Source of the DNA: Gemmatimonadota bacterium
Lineage (GTDB): Bacteria > Gemmatimonadota > Gemmatimonadetes > Gemmatimonadales > JACORV01
Assembly: GCA_016179225.1 (NCBI GenBank)
Contig: JACORV010000119.1
Location: 1 to 52,439 of the forward strand
Direction: 5' to 3'
Length of the DNA: 52,439 bases
In this document: piece after piece, positions 47,087 through 52,439 of the stretch
How the letters are laid out: each line of letters starts with the position of its first letter
Numbering within the stretch: position 1 is the first letter of the stretch
Notes under the pieces: generated by a model
What the model was told of the DNA's origin: nothing
Databases searched by the model: none
The model's input: only the letters and a program-made list of their open reading frames with translations
Program-made: the position numbers and the translations under genes

Positions 47087-48793
47087 TCAATCCCACCACC
47101 CTTCGACGAACCACTTCCGCTCCTTCGGCGACCGGAACAGCAACCAGAGCGCGCCACCCGCGGCGCGTGCCGTGTAGTAGTCGCGCGGCGGCCCGGTGGC
47201 CCGGCCGTCCCACCAGCGGGGAGCGAGCCGCTCCGGTCCGCACCAGTCGGTCACATCGTGCCAGACGTCTTCGTGCCGGAACGCTTCGAGCCCACCACGG
47301 CCAAGCCGGACGCGGATTGGTACCGGTGTTTCGAGCAGTCGGAGCGCGGCGGCGGCGGCCGGCGCGTCGTCGGGGCGGGTGTCGTGCGCTCGCGGCGGCG
47401 GACCGCACGCAGGGCGCCGCCGCTCGCGCCCGACACCCGCCCCTCCTCGCGCCATCGCCGTTTCCACCCACGTGCCGCCGTCCTGTGGCAAGTGCCCGTC
47501 GCGCTCCTGTGGCACGACGACCCCGTCGCTGCCCTCGCTGCCGCGGATGCGATCGAACGCGGCCACCAGCGCGCCCGGATCGACCCAGCGCGACGCGAGG
47601 AGGTTCCCCTGCTCGCCGGAGGCCGGCGCGGTGACCGCGGCGCCGAGCGCGAGGCCGGTGACGGGCTCCGGCAGATGCCACTTCTCGAGCGCGCTGCGGC
47701 AATGATCGAAGAGCGCGTCGGCGTGCGAGGTGGGGCGCGCGGGCCGCACCGCGCGCACGGCCTTCGAGCCGTCGTCGAGGTGGAGCGTGAGCGCCAGCTC
47801 GCGCGCGGCGAGCCCCCGGGCGCGGAGCGCCTCACCCAGGGAGGCGAGCGCGCCTCGGAGCACGAAGAGCAGCGGCTCGGCCGTCGCGACGGGGCCGCCC
47901 AGCTCGACCTCGATCACCGGGAGCGCGTCGTCGCGCGGCGTGGACGGTCCGCGCGGATCGATACCGCGCGCCAGCCGGTGCGCGGCGAGCCCCTGGGGTC
48001 CGAAGCGCGCCTCGACCTCGTCCGCCTCGAGCGCGGCGAGCTGGCCCACGGTCCTAAGACCGAGCGCGGCGAACGTGTCGGCGAGCTCCTCGTCGAGCGC
48101 GAGGAGGGCGAGCGGGAACGGCGCGAGGAACGCGGCGTCGGTGCCCGGGGTCACGACGGCGACGACCGGCGAGGAGGTGGCGGGGCCGCGCCGCAGCGAG
48201 CACTCACGGGGCGCAGCAAGGCGCGGCCCCACCCCGACGAGCGCAAGGTCGTCGCCGTCGTACGTCGCGGCGTAAGCCGCGATGGCCGAGTCGGCGATGC
48301 CGACGCGCGGCTCGCCGTAGCCGAGGCCGCGCGCGAGGCTGAGCAGCTTCCGCGCGAGGGCTTTCTCCTCGCCGAGGCCCGCGGCGTCCACCCACCAGAC
48401 GCCATCCGCAGTCGGCAGACGCGCAGACGCACAGACGCGCAGTGGGCCGCCTTCCCACGCCACGCGCGGGCTGGCAGCGAGCAGCGCGGTCGTCACGTCG
48501 AGCGCGGCGCGCGAGACCTTCTCGTCGTCCCACGGCAGGGCGACTAGGTCGGCGACGAGCGCCTGCGCCTGGGCGAGGGCCATGCCGGTGGCCACGCCCC
48601 GGCGCGCGGCTTCGGCGTCGGCCGCGAGGACGCGGGGCTTGCCGCGGACGTCGGTGAAGACGGCGGTCGGAAGGTCAGGCGGTCGGGCGGTCGGCCGTGC
48701 CGCGTCGCTTGGACCGCCTGTCCGCCTGCCCGCCAGACCGCCTGTCGCGAACCGCCCAATGCGAACGCAGGCGATCCGGCATCGGTAAGCCAA
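47087..48793 (-). CDS. imuB: ImuB (Y-family polymerase-like, catalytically inactive type)
   Basis: Position between imuA and dnaE2. Y-family-like N-terminus (RIACVRIGRFA .. RVLAADAEAARRGVATGM). 568 aa. Confidence 0.8.
   Translation of the reverse strand: MAYRCRIACVRIGRFATGGLAGRRTGGPSDAARPTARPPDLPTAVFTDVRGKPRVLAADAEAARRGVATGMALAQAQALVADLVALPWDDEKVSRAALDVTTALLAASPRVAWEGGPLRVCASARLPTADGVWWVDAAGLGEEKALARKLLSLARGLGYGEPRVGIADSAIAAYAATYDGDDLALVGVGPRLAAPRECSLRRGPATSSPVVAVVTPGTDAAFLAPFPLALLALDEELADTFAALGLRTVGQLAALEADEVEARFGPQGLAAHRLARGIDPRGPSTPRDDALPVIEVELGGPVATAEPLLFVLRGALASLGEALRARGLAARELALTLHLDDGSKAVRAVRPARPTSHADALFDHCRSALEKWHLPEPVTGLALGAAVTAPASGEQGNLLASRWVDPGALVAAFDRIRGSEGSDGVVVPQERDGHLPQDGGTWVETAMARGGAGVGRERRRPACGPPPRAHDTRPDDAPAAAAALRLLETPVPIRVRLGRGGLEAFRHEDVWHDVTDWCGPERLAPRWWDGRATGPPRDYYTARAAGGALWLLFRSPKERKWFVEGWWD
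48661..48743. repeat. Two inverted arrays of four octamers (AGGCGGNC / GNCCGCCT) forming an 83-nt imperfect palindrome at the imuA stop / imuB 5' region
   Basis: 48661-48692 reads CGGCGGTC GGAAGGTC AGGCGGTC GGGCGGTC. After a 19-nt spacer, 48712-48743 reads GACCGCCT GTCCGCCT GCCCGCCA GACCGCCT. 25/32 positions are complementary. Confidence 0.8.
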
Positions 48794-49502
48794 CCGTCAC
48801 CTCCACGGCGCGCGGGGCGCCGCCTTTCTCGATCGTGACGCGCAGCGTGCGCGGTGCGGGCCACGCGCCGCCCTGGCCGGCGAGTGCGGGGATGAAGCCG
48901 GCCGCGTCGGTGCGCGAGTGGACGGTGAGCACGAGCGTGGCGAACGGCGGCCGGCGAGGACGCGCCCGGGGCTCGCCGAGGCGAGCACTAACGGGGCGCA
49001 GCCCGGCGAGTCCCGGGCCATCCGAGCGCAAGGCCGCCGTTCGCACCACCAGCGCCGTGCCCTTGTCCCGCGCGATGCGCTGGAGGCGCAGGGCGACGCG
49101 GCGCGCGGGCGCCGGCGCCTGGTCCACGATCACGAGGCCGAAGGCGCCGCTGCGCAGAAGCACGTCCGTGCACCACCACGCGCTCTCCGTCGCCTTCGGC
49201 CGCACCACCCAGAACGGGCCGAGGACGGCGAGGTGCGCGGCGGCTTGCGGCGCTAGCGTTCGCTCGGCGTCCACGAGCGCCACACCCTCGTCGGCGCGGA
49301 GCGTCGCCTCCGTGAGGGCGAGGAGCAGCGCGGTGCCACCGGTGCCGAGCGGCGCGTTGAGCGCGGTGATCTGCCCGCGCGGGACGCCCCAGGGGAGCGC
49401 GGCGTCGAGCGCCGGGACGCCGAAGGCAACACCGCGGCGCCCGGCCGGGAGGAGGCGCTCGATCTCTTTTGGCAGCAACAACTTGAGGCTCAGTGCGGTC
49501 AT
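48675..49502 (-). CDS. imuA: ImuA (RecA/SulA-like component of the imuA-imuB-dnaE2 mutagenesis cassette)
   Basis: First gene of the cassette. GQITALNAPLGTGGTALLLAL (degenerate P-loop) and GLVIVDQ. The 3' 119 nt overlap imuB in another frame. Confidence 0.75.
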   Translation of the reverse strand: MTALSLKLLLPKEIERLLPAGRRGVAFGVPALDAALPWGVPRGQITALNAPLGTGGTALLLALTEATLRADEGVALVDAERTLAPQAAAHLAVLGPFWVVRPKATESAWWCTDVLLRSGAFGLVIVDQAPAPARRVALRLQRIARDKGTALVVRTAALRSDGPGLAGLRPVSARLGEPRARPRRPPFATLVLTVHSRTDAAGFIPALAGQGGAWPAPRTLRVTIEKGGAPRAVEVTVGLPMPDRLRSHWAVRDRRSGGQADRRSKRRGTADRPTA

Positions 49503-49525
49503 GCGTGGTCTTCGGCTCTCCCCAC

Positions 49526-49554
49526 GATGTACCCGAATAAAACCCGAAAGTCAA
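49526..49554 (-). promoter_or_regulatory. imuA promoter with an AT-rich direct-repeat operator candidate filling the spacer
   Basis: Minus strand reads T-tract, TTGACT (49554-49549), TTCGGGTTTTATTCGGG (17 nt), TACATC (49531-49526), 23 nt, ATG. Confidence 0.5.
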
Positions 49555-49675
49555 GGTCAAAAAAAGAGACGTGCCAAGCCATGAACACCTTTTCACCCGG
49601 CCTCCCTCTACCCGCGACAGCGGCCTTGCGCACTTCCGGGCCGCTTCGGTAGCCTGTCGAGTGTAATCCGCCTCT

Positions 49676-49692
49676 AACTGCACGAACTGCAC
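49676..49692 (+). repeat. Left copy of a 17-bp perfect inverted repeat AACTGCACGAACTGCAC
   Basis: Exact reverse complement of 50161-50177. It lies 16 nt upstream of the HTH ORF start. Confidence 0.85.
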
Positions 49693-49708
49693 ACTCGCGG
49701 GGGGCGCC

Positions 49709-50116
49709 GTGAGGCGCCTCCGAGTGCGTCCGCCCACGCTCCCGGCGACCCTCCTGCGAGACGCGGTCGCGCGCCAGCTCGCCACCGTGTCGCTGCGCGG
49801 GGCTGCGGCGGAGATCGGGCTCAGCCCGAACGCGCTCCGCAACTTCCTGAACGGCGCCGAGCCGCGGATCGCGACGCGGGCCAAGCTGGAGCGCTGGCTG
49901 GCGAGTCGCCGCATGCGGGAACGCGGCCCCGGCGTCGGGCGCCTCGTCGAGCTCCTGGGCGAGCTGGGCGCCGAACTCTCTCCCGGGCAGACCGCAGCCC
50001 TCGGCGAGCATACGGTGCGCTTCCTCGTCAACGCCTACGAGGCCCGGCGCCTCCCGCCGCCGCGATGGGTGCGGGAGTTGGCCAACCACTACAAGACTTC
50101 GCACCACGGGTCCTGA
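49709..50116 (+). CDS. Small HTH-containing protein, unknown family, divergent from imuA
   Basis: 135 aa. GTG start is preceded by GGGGGG. The HTH-like segment is SLRGAAAEIGLSPNALRNFLNG. Coding-like composition. Confidence 0.55.
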   Translation: MRRLRVRPPTLPATLLRDAVARQLATVSLRGAAAEIGLSPNALRNFLNGAEPRIATRAKLERWLASRRMRERGPGVGRLVELLGELGAELSPGQTAALGEHTVRFLVNAYEARRLPPPRWVRELANHYKTSHHGS

Positions 50117-50160
50117 GCGCGCCGAGTTGACCGCGCGCGATGGCCGAGCGTAGGTTAGCC

Positions 50161-50177
50161 GTGCAGTTCGTGCAGTT
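50161..50177 (-). repeat. Right copy of the 17-bp inverted repeat, followed by palindrome TGCAC-CCCT-GTGCA (50177-50190)
   Basis: GTGCAGTTCGTGCAGTT. Located between a TTGACC-N18-TAGGTT promoter-like pair (50125-50154) and the receiver gene start. Confidence 0.85.
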
Positions 50178-50194
50178 GCACCCCTGTGCACACC

Positions 50195-50590
50195 ATGACG
50201 GACCTTCTCGACCGGCTTGCCGCCCGCCCGCGCGTCCTCGTTGTGGAGGACCAGCCGCAGCTGCGCGCTGCCCTCAGCCGGTTCCTCCGGCTGAAGGGCT
50301 GCGACGTCGAGGCCGCGGCGGACGGCGCGGAGGGCCTCGTGAAGCTGACTTGCTACCATTTCGACGCCGTGGTGAGCGACGTCCAGATGCCGAAGCTCGA
50401 CGGGCCGGCCTTCTACGAGCACGCTGTGGCGTTGCGCCCATACCTCCGGCGGCGGTTCCTGTTCTGCAGCGCCCTGCCGCCTCCCCCGTCCCTCGCGACG
50501 GATCCCGCGCTCCGCTTTTACGCCAAGCCCATCGAGCTGAGCGACCTTTGGGCGAGGCTCAGCGACCTGCTCGGGGAGCAGCAGCCTTAG
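50195..50590 (+). CDS. Stand-alone response-regulator receiver (CheY-like)
   Basis: VLVVEDQPQLR, VVSDVQMPKLDG, and AKP near the C-terminus. Start is ATG 50195 or GTG 50186. Confidence 0.8.
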   Translation: MTDLLDRLAARPRVLVVEDQPQLRAALSRFLRLKGCDVEAAADGAEGLVKLTCYHFDAVVSDVQMPKLDGPAFYEHAVALRPYLRRRFLFCSALPPPPSLATDPALRFYAKPIELSDLWARLSDLLGEQQP

Positions 50591-51603
50591 AGCGGCATCT
50601 CCCACTGGATCGCTTCCTCCGCCCGCTGGCCCGTTGATCCGCCGGCCCGCTCGTCCGCCGCCTCGAACCCGACCTTTCTCTGCAGCCGCGCCACGCGCCG
50701 CTTGAGCGCGGCTGTGTACGCCGGCGTGACGAAGCCCCGCGCGTCGAACGCCCGCTCGTAGCGGTCGAGCAGTGAGGGGAACTCCTGCGCCACCACCGGC
50801 AGGAAGCGGCGACGGATCGGCGGGTACAGCCGCAGCGGGTCGGCGCGGGCGAATGCCGCGCCGGCGTCCTTCGCCCCGCGCATCAGCGCCTCGAGGTGCG
50901 GCACGTCGTCGGTGATCCCCGGCAGCACCGGCGCGATCAGCACCCCGGCGTGGAGCCCCGCCCGCACCAGCTTCGCGAGCGCCTCCAGCCGCACCGCCGG
51001 CGTCGGCGAGCGGACCTCGAGCTTCCGAACCAACAGCGCGTCCATGCTGATGAGCGAGACGATCACCGTGACGCGGCTCCGTTCGGCGAGCCTGAGCAGC
51101 ACGTCCACGTCGCGCGTGACGAGCGGCGACTTCGTGATGATCCCGACGCCGAGCCCGCGGACCTGCGCCAGCCGCTCCAGCACTCGCCGCGTAATCCGGA
51201 ACGTCCGCTCGGCGGGCTGGTACGGGTCGGTCGCGGTGCCGATGACGATGGTGTGGCCGCCCAGGCGCGAGGGCCGCGCCGTGAGCGCCGCGATCTCCGG
51301 CGCCGCCACCTTCACGAAGATCTGCCGCTCGAACGTCTCGTCGTCCCAGACGGCGGGACCCAGCGCGCCCCTCGCGCTCCCCCGCTCGACGACGTACCGG
51401 TGGGCGTAACGGGCGTAGCAGTACGAGCAGCCGAACTCGCAGCCGACGTACGGGTTCAGCGACCAGAAGTTCATCCCCGTCTGCTGCGGCGAGTTCAGGA
51501 CGGACTTGATCGGCAGCTCCACGAACCGCGTTCCGCGCCGCCGCTCATCAAGCACGGCCCAACCCTGGCCGCCTGACCGCCTGTCCGCCTGACCGCCTTC
51601 CAT
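50587..51603 (-). CDS. Radical SAM protein of the SplB-like 'DNA repair photolyase' (COG1533 / Rv2578c-like) type
   Basis: Start is ATG 51603 inside track ORF 50587..51684. NPYVGCEFGCSYCYARY contains the CxxxCxxC motif. Confidence 0.8.
   Translation of the reverse strand: MEGGQADRRSGGQGWAVLDERRRGTRFVELPIKSVLNSPQQTGMNFWSLNPYVGCEFGCSYCYARYAHRYVVERGSARGALGPAVWDDETFERQIFVKVAAPEIAALTARPSRLGGHTIVIGTATDPYQPAERTFRITRRVLERLAQVRGLGVGIITKSPLVTRDVDVLLRLAERSRVTVIVSLISMDALLVRKLEVRSPTPAVRLEALAKLVRAGLHAGVLIAPVLPGITDDVPHLEALMRGAKDAGAAFARADPLRLYPPIRRRFLPVVAQEFPSLLDRYERAFDARGFVTPAYTAALKRRVARLQRKVGFEAADERAGGSTGQRAEEAIQWEMPL
51567..51598. repeat. Four tandem octamers GGCCGCCT GACCGCCT GTCCGCCT GACCGCCT in the 5' end of the radical SAM gene
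   Basis: Same octamer family as 48712-48743. 51575-51597 matches 48712-48734 at 22/23 positions. Confidence 0.8.
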
Positions 51604-51746
51604 CACGCACACCTCCCCCACCCGCAGACCGGGCAGTAGATGCACCCGTTGGCTGGCACCGTTCCAGCGCCGCAGTCGGGACACGGAGAAGCCGGTGGCC
51701 TTCCGCTCAGCGATTTCGGAACTTCAATCATGGCAAGCGGTTCCAT
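51603..51746 (-). CDS. Small zinc-ribbon protein (47 aa, two CPxCG knuckles) translationally coupled to the radical SAM gene
   Basis: MEPLAMIEVPKSLSGRPPASPCPDCGAGTVPANGCIYCPVCGWGRCA. The stop TGA overlaps the radical SAM ATG (TGATG). This is the tail of track ORF 51603..52013. GC3 of the first 20 codons is low, so the exact start is uncertain (alternative ATG 51731). Confidence 0.55.
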   Translation of the reverse strand: MEPLAMIEVPKSLSGRPPASPCPDCGAGTVPANGCIYCPVCGWGRCA

Positions 51747-51758
51747 GTAACGACCCCA

Positions 51759-51787
51759 ACTATCTTCGGTTTTTATTCGGGTTTCCA
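51759..51787 (-). promoter_or_regulatory. Second copy of the AT-rich direct-repeat element, again filling a 17-nt promoter spacer
   Basis: Minus strand reads TGGAAA (51787-51782), CCCGAATAAAAACCGAA (17 nt), GATAGT (51764-51759), 12 nt, ATG 51746. The element is inverted relative to the imuA copy. Confidence 0.45.
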
Positions 51788-51897
51788 GGGTCAATATAAG
51801 CCATGGGCACGACGGCGCAAGGGTGTGTAGCCGGGGCTTCCGGAGAGGGCTATTTTGGGCGGGCCCGAGCCCACCGATCCGACCGGGAGGAACGCCC

Positions 51898-52439
51898 GTG
51901 CCGTTCAGCCTGCTGCCGCGTGATGAAGAGTTCTTCGATCTCTTCGTCGAGGTCGCGCGCCGAAGCCACGAAGCCGCCGGGCACCTGGTCGGGCTCTTCG
52001 GCGACCCGGACAAGGCCCTTTACCACGCCGAGCAGATCAAGCGGCTCGAGCACGAGTGCGACCAGTTCACCCACGAGGTGGTGAACCGGCTCGACCGCAC
52101 CTTCATCACCCCGATCGACCGCGAGGACATCTACCGTCTCGCCTCGGACCTCGACGACGTCATCGACGTCATCGACGGCGTGGCACGCCGGGCGCAGATC
52201 TTCCGGGTGGGGCCCGCGCCCGAGGGCGTCAAGCTCCTCACGGGTGTGATCGAGAAGGCGGTGGGGGCGCTCACCGGCGGCGTCGAGCACCTCAAGCAGC
52301 GCGACGGCGTCATGAAGGCCTGTATCGAGACCAAGCAGCTCGAGGAGGAGGCCGACGCGATCTACCACGACGCCCTCGGCCGGCTCTTCGAGGAAGAGCA
52401 CAACGCGATCGAGCTGATCAAGTGGAAGGAGATCTACGA
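51898..52439 (+). CDS. DUF47 (PhoU-like, YkaA-type) protein; 3' end outside the window
   Basis: Absent from the track because the ORF runs off the window. GGGAGG lies 7 nt before GTG 51898. Translation is MPFSLLPRDEEFFDLFVEVARRSHEAAGHL..FITPIDREDIYRLASDLDDVIDVIDG..LIKWKEIY. It explains the shadow ORFs 51850..52401(-) and 51803..52084(+). Confidence 0.8.
   Translation, partial: MPFSLLPRDEEFFDLFVEVARRSHEAAGHLVGLFGDPDKALYHAEQIKRLEHECDQFTHEVVNRLDRTFITPIDREDIYRLASDLDDVIDVIDGVARRAQIFRVGPAPEGVKLLTGVIEKAVGALTGGVEHLKQRDGVMKACIETKQLEEEADAIYHDALGRLFEEEHNAIELIKWKEIY

Noticed and set aside
49676-50177. The 17-bp inverted repeats read as terminal inverted repeats of a 502-bp mini-IS or MITE carrying the HTH ORF.
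   Set aside because: The flanks show no target-site duplication (..CCTCT | GCACC..). There is no transposase-like motif (DDE, HUH, serine or tyrosine recombinase) in the 135-aa product. Both copies sit at promoter-proximal positions, so an operator interpretation is preferred.
51803-52401. Track ORFs 51803..52084(+) and 51850..52401(-).
   Set aside because: Both overlap the clearly recognisable DUF47/PhoU-like frame that starts at GTG 51898 and runs off the window. They have no motifs of their own.
1-52439. Search for tRNA, rRNA, tmRNA, integrase/transposase genes, toxin-antitoxin pairs or classical defence genes (Cas, restriction-modification, Abi apart from the CPBP protease).
   Set aside because: No tRNA-like T-arm or anticodon-arm signatures were noticed in the intergenic regions. 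No rRNA-like stretches, recombinase motifs or nuclease/ATPase defence pairs were seen. The methyltransferases are small-molecule/glycan class I or FkbM types with no DNA-methylase motifs (no DPPY/NPPY or PCQ).

Overview
Very GC-rich bacterial chromosomal segment. The gene repertoire and gene fusions resemble a Gemmatimonadota-like soil bacterium, but I cannot verify taxonomy here. Most long Arg/Pro/Ala/Gly-rich ORFs in the track are shadow frames or upstream extensions of real genes. After discarding them I support about 45 genes. All family calls come from motifs read by eye in the translations; no searches were run.

Gene content, left to right:
- amidohydrolase (5' partial), fused E1 alpha/beta 2-oxoacid dehydrogenase, membrane spermidine-synthase-like protein with TPR tail
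- Ser/Thr kinase, Lon
- a tetR / class-A PBP / copper-monooxygenase-like lipoprotein unit
- Hpt, TrmB, alpha/beta hydrolase, aconitase-family enzyme, ArsR, M14 peptidase, OmpA with TSP3 repeats, MCP with GAF domain
- a selW-like / pfkA / DEAH-helicase unit, then a second TetR
- a roughly 9 kb co-directional envelope block (Fis-HTH, Omp85-like, lipoprotein, CPBP protease, GT4, three methyltransferases, GT2, FkbM)
- ispH, imuA-imuB-dnaE2, a small HTH gene, a CheY-like receiver, a Zn-ribbon plus SplB-like radical SAM pair, and a 3'-partial DUF47/PhoU-like gene

No tRNA, rRNA, CRISPR array or recognisable transposase was seen.

Most notable observations:
1. An uncalled SelW/Rdx selenoprotein gene with an in-frame UGA in a CxxU motif and a SECIS-like hairpin (28505-28732).
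2. An AT-rich 17-18 bp direct-repeat element that exactly fills the -35/-10 spacer upstream of both imuA-imuB-dnaE2 and the Zn-ribbon/radical-SAM pair. It is a candidate lineage-specific DNA-damage operator.
3. A 17-bp perfect inverted repeat bracketing the small HTH gene that lies divergent from imuA.
4. An 8-4-8 palindrome, CTGACTGA-N4-TCAGTCAG, present both at a TetR gene and in the MCP/selW divergent region.
5. A duplicated ispH 5' end bracketing a methyltransferase insertion of about 0.95 kb.
6. Octamer arrays shared by the imuA/imuB junction and the radical SAM gene.
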